From NCBI GenBank assembly GCA_963747545.1, contig CAVVFQ010000008.1, positions 855,719-919,718 of the forward strand: a stretch of DNA of 64,000 nt, written 5' to 3'. The DNA comes from an uncultured Acidobacteriaceae bacterium. GTDB lineage: Bacteria; Acidobacteriota; Terriglobia; Terriglobales; Acidobacteriaceae. Positions 37,389 to 45,510 of this stretch are shown here, one piece after another; position 1 is the stretch's first letter, and every line of letters begins with the position of its first letter. A program made the translations under genes and the position numbers. The notes under the pieces were generated by a model. The model was not told the DNA's origin. It was given only the letters and a program-made list of their open reading frames with translations, and did not search any database.

Positions 37389-38585
37389 TCAGGACCGCGT
37401 GGCAGAAGCCGCTGAGGAGGAGTTGCGGCGCCACGTCAGAACCAGATTGACACCGTAGTTCCAAACCGAGCTCACTGCCATTCCCGCAAGCCCCGCGACG
37501 TACCAGGCGAAGCCCAGGTGAAAAAGGGACTGCGCGAAGCTGACGTTGATCACCGCACCCAGGGAACACGCAGCATAGAATGTGAGGAGCCCGCTTGCCA
37601 ATCGCCATCCGCGAAGCTGGCGATCTCGAAAGGTCACCACATTGTTGAGCAGGAAATTGAAAGTCATAGCCACGATTGTCCCTGCCAATTGCGCGACCTT
37701 GAAGCTTGTCTTCTCCCAGCCATAGAGTAGGCCCAAGGTGGAAAGGTGAATCACCAGTCCCGCCGAGCCGACTAGAACGAACAGAACGAATCTGGTTGGA
37801 ACGATCCTCCCGATTGTTTTATCCAGAATCAGATAGAGATATTCCAACTCCGCGCGTACATCGAGCTTGCTCTCACCGAGTTGCCTTCTGCGGAAATGAT
37901 AGGGTACCTCTCCGACCCGGACAGGCCGCGGACTGGATGCGAGCAAATCCACGAGGATCTTGAAGCCTGCTCCGCTCAACCGATGGGCGGTCTGGCGAAA
38001 AAATGCGCGATTCACCAAGAAGAAACCGCTCATCGGGTCGGAAACCTCGGATCGACACACCAGTCGGCCCATTCGCGATCCCATTGAGCTTAGCCAAAGT
38101 CTCCAGGCGGAAAACCCTTCGCAGCTGCCGCCGGCAAGGTTTCGGCTCGCAACTGCGATGTCCAGATCTTCCGATTTCATCAATTCCAGCAGTTTTGGCA
38201 AAACCCGCTCGTCGTGCTGCAGGTCGGCGTCCATGACTGCAATGTAGGGCGCAGGAGTGGCCAGCATGCCCTCGATGCACGCCGATGAAAGCCCGCGCCT
38301 CCCGATACGTTCAAGAACTCGGATCCGGCGGTCGGTCGCCGCCAGTCTCCGGATGCACTCACCGGTTCCGTCCGGAGAATTGTCATCTACGAAGATCAGT
38401 TCCCACTGGATTGCCGGTAGCGCCTTCTCCAGCGCAGGCACGAGCAGAGAGATGTTGTCTCGTTCGTTGAAAGTCGGAACGACCACTGCCAACTCGATAG
38501 GCAACGCACGAGGCTGGCTCTCGGATGCAGACGTACTTTCGAACTCGCGAGCTGCGGATACCGGAAGCGCGGCGGTAGCGACCAT
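37389..38585 (-). CDS. Polyprenyl-phosphate glycosyltransferase (GT2, Dpm1/ArnC/GtrB-like) fused to a GtrA-like membrane domain
   Basis: VVVPTFNERDNI, FVDDNSPDGT, VMDADLQHD, then four TM segments with FNFLLNNVVTFR. Start 38585 or 38648. Confidence 0.75.
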   Translation of the reverse strand: MVATAALPVSAAREFESTSASESQPRALPIELAVVVPTFNERDNISLLVPALEKALPAIQWELIFVDDNSPDGTGECIRRLAATDRRIRVLERIGRRGLSSACIEGMLATPAPYIAVMDADLQHDERVLPKLLELMKSEDLDIAVASRNLAGGSCEGFSAWRLWLSSMGSRMGRLVCRSEVSDPMSGFFLVNRAFFRQTAHRLSGAGFKILVDLLASSPRPVRVGEVPYHFRRRQLGESKLDVRAELEYLYLILDKTIGRIVPTRFVLFVLVGSAGLVIHLSTLGLLYGWEKTSFKVAQLAGTIVAMTFNFLLNNVVTFRDRQLRGWRLASGLLTFYAACSLGAVINVSFAQSLFHLGFAWYVAGLAGMAVSSVWNYGVNLVLTWRRNSSSAASATRS

Positions 38586-38663
38586 GTTTATTGTGCAGGC
38601 TAACACATCAGAGCGGGGTACGAAAAATAGCTTGAGGAATTCCCCCAACGCAAATAGCCTTTT

Positions 38664-39134
38664 TCACTCCGCAAGGATGGCCATCAAGAGCGCCTTTAAT
38701 TCCTCCAGCTTAAATGGTTTTTGAATGAAATAACTGCCAGCCGGCTTTTCCGGGTTATCATTCCATTCCTGCGGGCTGATTGCGCCGGACATGTAAAGAA
38801 CGCGCATGGCGGGCCTTTTCCTCGCGATTTCGTTGGCGGATTCCCACCCCGACATCCCCCGCATTTTCAGGTCGGTCAACAACAGATCGATGTTTCCATG
38901 ATGAGAGCTTCCAATGCTTATTGCCGCCACCGCGTCTGCTGCCTCAAGTACCTGGATGTTCATCGATTCCAGAAAATCGCGCAACTGCTCACGCAGTTCA
39001 TTCACGTCGTCGACAAGGAGCACAGTCTTCAAAGGTGTAAGTTTCTCGGCGTTTCTCAACGTCGGGCCGGTATCAAGACCGCTTTCAGAAGGCCGCTTCC
39101 AAAAGGCTACTACAGGTTGCCTTTCTGTCCGCAA
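38664..39134 (-). CDS. Single-domain response regulator (CheY-like receiver)
   Basis: KTVLLVDDVNELRE, LLLTDLKMRGMSG, LYMSGA. True start may be the internal TTG at 39032 (MKTVLLVDD). Confidence 0.7.
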   Translation of the reverse strand: MRTERQPVVAFWKRPSESGLDTGPTLRNAEKLTPLKTVLLVDDVNELREQLRDFLESMNIQVLEAADAVAAISIGSSHHGNIDLLLTDLKMRGMSGWESANEIARKRPAMRVLYMSGAISPQEWNDNPEKPAGSYFIQKPFKLEELKALLMAILAE

Positions 39135-40148
39135 TTAATAAATTTCCGCCCTGGCCGCGCGGGTCATGAGGTCTTCGATGGCCTGGTGCGGCGACTTACC
39201 GTTTTCCAGGATGGCGAACATTTGCTCGGTAATCGGCATTTCGACGTTCTTCTTCTGCGCCAGACCGACCGCGGCTTTGGTGGTGAAAACTCCTTCGGCG
39301 ACTGCTCCGTGCATGCCGGCGATGATGTCGAGCAGTTTGCGGCCTTTGCCGAGTTCCACGCCGACGCTGCGGTTGCGCGAGAGATCTCCGGTGCAGGTCA
39401 GAACCAGATCGCCTAATCCGGCGAGCCCGGCCATGGTATCGAGGCGCCCGCCGCAGGCCACGACCAGGCGCGCCACTTCAGCGAGCCCTCGCGTAATCAG
39501 CGCCGCTACCGAATTGTGGCCAAGGCCGAGCCCGTCGCAGACGCCGGCGGCGATGGCGATGATGTTCTTCAGCGCGCCGCCCAGCTCGACCCCGATCACG
39601 TCGTCGTTGGTATAAACCCGAAAGCGCGAATCGTTAAACGCCTGCTGCACAGCCCGCGTCACCTCGCCATCGACGGACGCCACCGTCACCGCCGTCGGAT
39701 CGCCCCGCGCCGCCTCTTTGGCAAATGACGGGCCGCTCAGCGCTGCCATGCGAGGGCTGAACTCGCGGCTTCGCAGTACATCGCCAATCACTTCCGTCAT
39801 GCGCAGCAGAGTTCCGTTTTCCAGCCCTTTGGTGCAGCTCACGAAAAGCATCTCCGGCCGAAGCGCGGGCGCCATACGGTTAAACAGAGCTCGACAGTGC
39901 TGCGAAGGCATAACGCTGACCACGATCTCCGCAGCATCGAGCGCGGTGCTCAGATCGCTGGTCGCATGGATCGATTCTGGCAGAGTGAAGCCGGGCAGGA
40001 AGTGCTGGTTGATTCGATCGTTCGCGATGCTCTCGCAAACTTCCAGTTCGTTTGCCCATAGGCGAATCTCGTGCGTGCCTTTGCGTCCCAGAACGATTGC
40101 CAGTCCCGTGCCCCAGGCGCCTGCCCCGATGATGGCAATGCGGCTCAT
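39135..40148 (-). CDS. gpsA: NAD(P)H-dependent glycerol-3-phosphate dehydrogenase
   Basis: ATG 40148 overlaps the plsY stop as ATGA. MSRIAIIGAGAWGTGLA, GALKNIIAIAAG. Confidence 0.9.
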   Translation of the reverse strand: MSRIAIIGAGAWGTGLAIVLGRKGTHEIRLWANELEVCESIANDRINQHFLPGFTLPESIHATSDLSTALDAAEIVVSVMPSQHCRALFNRMAPALRPEMLFVSCTKGLENGTLLRMTEVIGDVLRSREFSPRMAALSGPSFAKEAARGDPTAVTVASVDGEVTRAVQQAFNDSRFRVYTNDDVIGVELGGALKNIIAIAAGVCDGLGLGHNSVAALITRGLAEVARLVVACGGRLDTMAGLAGLGDLVLTCTGDLSRNRSVGVELGKGRKLLDIIAGMHGAVAEGVFTTKAAVGLAQKKNVEMPITEQMFAILENGKSPHQAIEDLMTRAARAEIY

Positions 40149-40786
40149 CGGCGGGTTGCTCCCAACTCTTCGGACTTTTTTCCTGAATTTGTTCCGAACT
40201 TCGATTCCGTGCCGGTGGCGAGACGGCCGATATTCTGCCGGTGCTTCCAGATAACCAGCGCTGAAACCATGGCGATGAGAACCAGTTGCAGCGAGTCCGC
40301 ATATTCCTGGAGTGTCCACGCCAGCAGCGGAAACGCCGCCGCCACGGCAACAGACCCCAGCGAGACATAGCGGAAGGCGACGGCGATCATCAAGAACAAG
40401 ACCACCATGCACAAAATAGATTTCGGCGTGAGCAAGATAAAAGCTCCGAGGCTGGTGGCGACGCCCTTGCCGCCGCGGAATTTAAGCCAGATGGGAAAAA
40501 GATGGCCAAGCACGGCAAAGAACGCGGCGGTGGTCATGAGGAGCGGCTGATGGGGGCCGCTGAACAGCGCGCGCGCCAGCAGAACGGCAGCCAAGCCCTT
40601 AGCGGCGTCAAGCAGCAAAGTTGCAGCCCCGAGTACTGGCGATTTGCGGGCCACGTTGGTTGCGCCAATGTTGCCGCTGCCGCTCACGCGCACATCCTCA
40701 CCTTTGAAAATCCGGACGAGGAGGTAACCAAACGGAATCGATCCCAGCAGATAACCTACGGCGGCGGTGATGAGGTAGGGGCTCAT
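40145..40786 (-). CDS. plsY: Glycerol-3-phosphate acyltransferase PlsY
   Basis: YLLGSIPFGYLL, SGNIGATNVAR, FRGGKGVAT. Confidence 0.9.
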   Translation of the reverse strand: MSPYLITAAVGYLLGSIPFGYLLVRIFKGEDVRVSGSGNIGATNVARKSPVLGAATLLLDAAKGLAAVLLARALFSGPHQPLLMTTAAFFAVLGHLFPIWLKFRGGKGVATSLGAFILLTPKSILCMVVLFLMIAVAFRYVSLGSVAVAAAFPLLAWTLQEYADSLQLVLIAMVSALVIWKHRQNIGRLATGTESKFGTNSGKKSEELGATRR

Positions 40787-40806
40787 GTTCGTCTACTATG
40801 GAGCGC

Positions 40807-41415
40807 TCAGCTGCGCTGGAGCGCTCGTCTCGGAAACCGCTGCAGCTTCGTGTACTTCGATCCTCCCGGCGAAAGCTGGCTCTGATAAAGAATAAACTCG
40901 CGGGCCGCCATCGTGCCGAAATCGAGCTCGGACAATGCCCCGAGCCGCTTCTCGAGAACTGCGAAGGTTGGGCTGGGACCGTCACTTTTCTGCCGTTTCG
41001 GTGAGCCCGATCTTCTCCCGGCGCCGGCCCGCGCCAAAGTCAGATGCGGACTGAAAACCCGTTCTTCACGCGGAATGCCGAGTTCGGCCATGGCCGTATC
41101 GATGCGCTCGGCCAATTCCGGCAGCTGCGTGCCGCCCTGGATCCCGATCCAGAATACGCGTGGAGCCTTCGACGTAGGGAAGAATCCGTATCCGCCCACG
41201 CGAATTTCGAACGCTCCGCATTCGACCTTCCGCAATCGTTCCGTGATGGCGGCGACCTGCTCCGGCGTTTGTTCTCCGATGAACTTCAAAGTGATGTGCA
41301 GCGATTCTGGACGCACCCAGCGCGCATCGGGCGCAAAACTCTCGACGCCTTCAAGGAAGCGTGAAATCCGGGAGCGAACGTCAGGGTCAAGATCGATGCC
41401 AATGAATATTCGCAT
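40807..41415 (-). CDS. thpR: RNA 2',3'-cyclic phosphodiesterase (2H family)
   Basis: Two HxTx motifs: HITLKF and HLTLAR. MRIFIGIDL start. Confidence 0.85.
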   Translation of the reverse strand: MRIFIGIDLDPDVRSRISRFLEGVESFAPDARWVRPESLHITLKFIGEQTPEQVAAITERLRKVECGAFEIRVGGYGFFPTSKAPRVFWIGIQGGTQLPELAERIDTAMAELGIPREERVFSPHLTLARAGAGRRSGSPKRQKSDGPSPTFAVLEKRLGALSELDFGTMAAREFILYQSQLSPGGSKYTKLQRFPRRALQRS

Positions 41416-41686
41416 GACGTTTGCATCGCTCTGGTTGTGTGGTGACGGGCCTCTGGCCCGTGGTTACGGGGCGCAGCCCCGTCACCACACGTTAGTACAA
41501 GATCCCTACAAGAGCGCCCGGGAAGCGTGAAATCCGGGAGCGAACGTCAGGGTCAAGATCGATGCCAATGAATATTCGCATGACGTTTGCATCGCTCTGG
41601 TTGTGTGGTGACGGGCCTCTGGCCCGTGGTTATCGGGCGGAGCCCCGTCACCACACGTTAGTACAAGATCCCTACAAGAGCGCCCG
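41355..41686. repeat. Tandem duplication, 2 x 166 bp (about 98% identical), spanning the thpR 5' end, a family-A REP and the cinA 3' end
   Basis: Unit 41355-41520 repeats at 41521-41686 with 3 substitutions, all inside the REP loop (GGTTACGGGGCGCAG vs GGTTATCGGGCGGAG). Confidence 0.9.
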
Positions 41687-42916
41687 GCGGATCATCTCCA
41701 ACGCCTGCTGGGTTGCGAATTGCCGGATGCGTTTGCGGTCACCGGGAAAATTGCGCTCCACGACCTGCGTGCCTTCTTCCCCTGCGAGTGCGATGTAAAC
41801 CAAGCCCACGGGCTTCTGTTCCGTGCCGCCGCCCGGGCCGGCAACGCCGGTGATTCCAACGCCGTAGCTTGCGAGGCAGCGCTTGCGGATGCCTTCCGCC
41901 ATCGCCGCCGCTACTTCACGGCTGACCGCTCCCTGTTGGTCGATCAGCTTTTTGGGAACGTTGGCAAATTGCGTTTTCAATTCGTTCGAGTACACCACCG
42001 CGCCGCCAAGAAAATAGCGCGAGCTGCCGCTGAGCGAAGTGATGCGCTCAGCCAGCAGGCCGCCGGTGCAGGATTCCGCCACGGCCAGCGTCATGCTGCG
42101 CATCTGCAGCAGATAGCTGACGATCTGCTCAATGGTTTCTCCCTTGCGGGAGAAGATGGCGTCGCCAAGCTCGTCTTCGATTTTCTCGGCGAGTTCTTCG
42201 ACGCGCGCCTCGGCGTCCGCTTGCGAATCCTTCCGGCAGCGCAGGTGGAGTTGAATCTCACCGCCGCCTGCGAGGATCGTGGTCTCGACATCGGTATAAG
42301 TTTTGTAGATGGGCGCGACCCGCGCGTCCACTTGCGATTCCGGAATCATCGCCATCTTGAGCGTGCGCGTGGCAATGTGCCGTACAGGAACCCGGCTGCG
42401 CAGTCGCGGGATGCACTCCGCTTCAAACATCGCCTTAAGTTCGTAAGGAGGGCCGGGGAGCAGCATCAGCAGCCGTTCCTGGCCATCATATTTTCCGCCA
42501 ACCCACTGGCCGGGGGCGGTCCCCATCGGATTCGCTAACACCGTGGCCCCGCTCAAAATGTCGGCCTGCTTGGCATTGTTGGCCGACATCTTGATACCGC
42601 GCTTGGCGAAACGCTCTTCGAGCCTAGCGATGATCCCGGCATCGCGTTGCAGCGTCAAACCCAGCGCAGCGGCCACCGCCTCGCGCGTCAGGTCATCTTC
42701 GGTGGGGCCAAGTCCGCCACTAAAAAGAATGATGTCCGAACGCCGCATGGCGAGTTTGGCCGCCGCGGTCAGCCCTTCGAGGTCGTCGCCCACAATGCAC
42801 TTGAAGCGCACTTCAACGCCCAGTTCGTTTAGCTTTTCGGTCAGGTAGAGCGAGTTGGTGTCCTGTCGATGGGGAGTAAGCAACTCAGACCCAACTGCGA
42901 TGATCTCGGCGTTCAC
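41672..42916 (-). CDS. cinA: CinA-family competence/damage-inducible protein (MoCF-like plus nicotinamide-nucleotide amidase domains)
   Basis: GTG 42916 (VNAEIIAVGSELL). GGLGPTEDDLT. C-terminal AESCTGG. The longer TTG start lies inside a REP element. Confidence 0.85.
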   Translation of the reverse strand: MNAEIIAVGSELLTPHRQDTNSLYLTEKLNELGVEVRFKCIVGDDLEGLTAAAKLAMRRSDIILFSGGLGPTEDDLTREAVAAALGLTLQRDAGIIARLEERFAKRGIKMSANNAKQADILSGATVLANPMGTAPGQWVGGKYDGQERLLMLLPGPPYELKAMFEAECIPRLRSRVPVRHIATRTLKMAMIPESQVDARVAPIYKTYTDVETTILAGGGEIQLHLRCRKDSQADAEARVEELAEKIEDELGDAIFSRKGETIEQIVSYLLQMRSMTLAVAESCTGGLLAERITSLSGSSRYFLGGAVVYSNELKTQFANVPKKLIDQQGAVSREVAAAMAEGIRKRCLASYGVGITGVAGPGGGTEQKPVGLVYIALAGEEGTQVVERNFPGDRKRIRQFATQQALEMIRRALL

Positions 42917-42941
42917 GAGTAAAAGTGTAAATGATCTCACG

Positions 42942-43069
42942 TAGGGACAGCCGCCCTCGGCTGTCCGGGCGGGCAAGGCTCGCCTGGTTTTCGGCCTTGC
43001 TCAAGGTTTGCGCTTAGGTGCTTAGCGAGGCTTTGCCTCGCTGGACAGCCGAGGGCGGCTGTCCCTACA
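42942..43069. repeat. REP/MITE-like element, family B, full about 128-bp palindrome
   Basis: GTAGGGACAGCCGCCCTCGGCTGTCC ... GGACAGCCGAGGGCGGCTGTCCCTAC perfect inverted arms with a partly palindromic centre. The right arm contains the aguA stop codon. Confidence 0.8.
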
Positions 43070-44162
43070 TTCTTGCGGGTTGTTGCTGCGTCATGCAGTG
43101 CAACGCGCCGAATCCCCAAATCAGATCGCCGGAGTAGATCGGCACGATCTCGCGTGTGGGAAAAACTTCAGCGAGTGTGTTGAGCGCAATGCGATCATTC
43201 GGATCGTTGAAGACGGGCACCAGCACCGCGCCATTCGCAATATAAAAATTAGCATAGCTCGCAGGCAACTGGCGGCCTTCGAATACGACCGGACGCGGCA
43301 TGGGAATCTCAACGATCTCCAGTTTCTGTCCATCGGCCGTGCGAGCATTCTTCAGGCGGCCAAGGTTGGCATGCAGGGCCGCGTAATTTTCGTTCCGTTC
43401 GTTCCGCTCGATCATCGTAACCACGGTATTCGGAGCGACGAAGCGCGTGATGTCATCAACGTGGCCGTGAGTGTCATCGCCGGCAATTCCGCTATCGAGC
43501 CAGATCACCGACTGCACGCCGAAATAGTCGGCGAACAGCCGCTCATAGGCGGCGCGGTCCATCGGCGGGTTGCGTTGTTGGGTGGTCGAAAGGAGGCATT
43601 CCTCGGTCGTGAGCAGAGTGCCGCGACCATTGACGTCGATCGATCCCCCTTCGAGTACCACGCGGTGCTTTTTCGAGAGGGGTCGGACGACGCGAGCGCC
43701 GGCGGCCTTCGCCATCCGCTCTCCATTGGTTTCGTCGAGACTGTAATTCGGATACTTGGCCCAGGCGTTGAACTGAAAGTGCAGCGCCAGCAGCCCGCGA
43801 TCGACACGATCATGCTGATGGCCGGCGGGAGGCGTCAGGAAGATGCATCCCGAGTCGCGTGTCCACACCCGATCCGTGCGCCAGCGGTGAAAAGAAACGT
43901 TGCTGGAAAGCGCGCCCGCCTTTTCGAGCACAGCCCGCGCCCGCTTTTCCCAACTCGCGTCGTTGACGATCAGGTCCACCCGTTCATGCCGCGCCAGGTT
44001 GCGGACAATCTCGGCGTAGACCCAGGGAATCGGCTCGAACTTGCCCGGCCAGTCGCCGCGAAAATGCGGCCAGGCGAGCCATGTGGATTCGTGGGGCTCC
44101 CACTCGGCGGGCATGCGGTATCCCTGTGCTGCGGGCGGAAGTTTGGCGCGGGGAGGCGTCAT
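43065..44162 (-). CDS. aguA: Agmatine deiminase
   Basis: YRMPAEWEPHESTWLAWPH and C-terminal GALHCMTQQQP catalytic Cys motif. Confidence 0.9.
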   Translation of the reverse strand: MTPPRAKLPPAAQGYRMPAEWEPHESTWLAWPHFRGDWPGKFEPIPWVYAEIVRNLARHERVDLIVNDASWEKRARAVLEKAGALSSNVSFHRWRTDRVWTRDSGCIFLTPPAGHQHDRVDRGLLALHFQFNAWAKYPNYSLDETNGERMAKAAGARVVRPLSKKHRVVLEGGSIDVNGRGTLLTTEECLLSTTQQRNPPMDRAAYERLFADYFGVQSVIWLDSGIAGDDTHGHVDDITRFVAPNTVVTMIERNERNENYAALHANLGRLKNARTADGQKLEIVEIPMPRPVVFEGRQLPASYANFYIANGAVLVPVFNDPNDRIALNTLAEVFPTREIVPIYSGDLIWGFGALHCMTQQQPARM

Positions 44163-44206
44163 TGCCGGACTTCTCCGCAGAGGAAGTCGCGCCTTATTCG
44201 GGGAAC

Positions 44207-44320
44207 GGTGTAGGGGGCCTTCGACTCCATGGAAACTTCACTTCGCGAAGTTTCCATTCCGCTCAGGATGACAAGGGTCGGGATGACGAGAGTCGAGATC
44301 ACAAGATTCGAGAATTTCAC
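44207..44320. repeat. REP-like element, family C, copy 2, with a tail of tandem 15-mers
   Basis: GTGTAGGGGGCCTTCGACTCC, hairpin GGAAACTTC-ACTTCGC-GAAGTTTCC, CCGCTCAGGATGAC, then GGATGACAAGGGTCG / GGATGACGAGAGTCG / AGATCACAAGATTCG. Confidence 0.75.
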
Positions 44321-45222
44321 TTTCCGTCAAGCATGCGGCTGGTGATAGGAGCGTAACTATCGATGCGCCGGTCGCGCAGAAAGGGCCAATTGCGCCGAAT
44401 ATCTTCCAGATGATGCAGGTCCACTTCGCCGAGCAGAATTTCTTCTTTGTCATGCGAAGCTTCGGCCAGCACGCGGCCGAAGGGGTCGCAGAAAAACGAT
44501 CCGCCCCAGAATTCGAGGCCTTTGCCGGGCACCGAATTGCCGCGAATGTCGCCGGTCTCGAAGCCGAGGCGATTCACCACGCCAACATAAATCCCATTCG
44601 CGATCGCGTGCGCCCGCTGGATGGTGCGCCAGGCGTCGTGTTGCGCTTCGCCGAATTCAGCCTTCTCCGCCGGATGCCATCCGATCGCCGTCGGATAAAA
44701 AAGAATGCTCGCTCCCTGCAGCGCGGTGAGCCGCGCGCCTTCCGGATACCACTGATCCCAGCAGACAAGCGTGCCGAGTTTTCCAGCGGAAGTATCAAAA
44801 GCTTTGAATCCGAGATCGCCCGGAGTGAAGTAAAATTTTTCGTAGTAGAGCGGATCGTCGGGAATGTGCATCTTGCGGTAGATGCCGGCGAGAACCCCGT
44901 CCCGATCAAAGATCGCAGCCGTGTTGTGGTAGACACCGGGCGCGCGCTTCTCGAATAGCGACGCGATCAGCACGACTTTATTCTTCAGGGCAGCGGCGGC
45001 GAGCTTCTCAGTGGTGGCGCCCGGGATCGGTTCCGCAAGATCGAATAGAGCTGCGTCTTCGCGTTGGCAGAAATACTGCGTCTGGAATAATTCGGGCAGG
45101 CAGACGACGGCCGCGCCTTTGCGTGACGCCTCCGCAACGCGAGCAAGCGCCTTGGCCAAGTTGTCGGCGGGCTCGGGGCCGCACGACATCTGGATCAGGG
45201 CGACATTAAATTTGTCTGGCAC
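44317..45222 (-). CDS. aguB: N-carbamoylputrescine amidase (nitrilase superfamily)
   Basis: FNVALIQM, CLPELF (Glu), YRKMHIP (Lys), LVCWDQWYPE (Cys). Confidence 0.85.
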   Translation of the reverse strand: MPDKFNVALIQMSCGPEPADNLAKALARVAEASRKGAAVVCLPELFQTQYFCQREDAALFDLAEPIPGATTEKLAAAALKNKVVLIASLFEKRAPGVYHNTAAIFDRDGVLAGIYRKMHIPDDPLYYEKFYFTPGDLGFKAFDTSAGKLGTLVCWDQWYPEGARLTALQGASILFYPTAIGWHPAEKAEFGEAQHDAWRTIQRAHAIANGIYVGVVNRLGFETGDIRGNSVPGKGLEFWGGSFFCDPFGRVLAEASHDKEEILLGEVDLHHLEDIRRNWPFLRDRRIDSYAPITSRMLDGK

Positions 45223-45337
45223 GTTCTCTCCAACTCTGGAGACGCTGCAAGGCGCATCTCTACGGACGAGTGATCGCGCTCTAGGATATCAAAATGTTCG
45301 TTGCGGACGATGTTGGTGATGAAATAAGTCAAAGTCT

Positions 45338-45410
45338 TCACCACAGGGAACACCGAGGAGCACAGGGAAGGGCTGATTTCCCCTGTGCTCTCTGTGTTCC
45401 CTGTGGTAAA
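45338..45410. repeat. REP-like long imperfect hairpin, family D
   Basis: CACCACAGGGAACACCGAGGAGCACAGGGAAG - loop - TTCCCCTGTGCTCTCTGTGTTCCCTGTGGT. In the divergent spacer between aguB and the DHS-like gene. Confidence 0.7.
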
Positions 45411-45510
45411 GAGCTTTGTCCGGGGTCAGTAAGCGAGTCGACGCAATCCGCTCGCTTTCTAGTAAATTGTTTCTGCGATCAAAATTAGTTTTGATTCTGG
45501 AGGTTCTTTC

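Noticed and set aside
40149-40412. N-terminal 88-codon extension of gpsA offered by the ORF track
   Set aside because: The extension overlaps the plsY coding sequence. MSRIAIIGAGAWG at ATG 40148 is the canonical GpsA N-terminus and overlaps the plsY stop as ATGA.
42917-42976. TTG-initiated extension of cinA
   Set aside because: It starts inside the family-B REP palindrome. VNAEIIAVGSELL at GTG 42916 matches the usual CinA N-terminus.
43080-44213. 377-aa ORF antisense to aguA
   Set aside because: The opposite strand encodes a full agmatine deiminase. This frame has no recognisable features.
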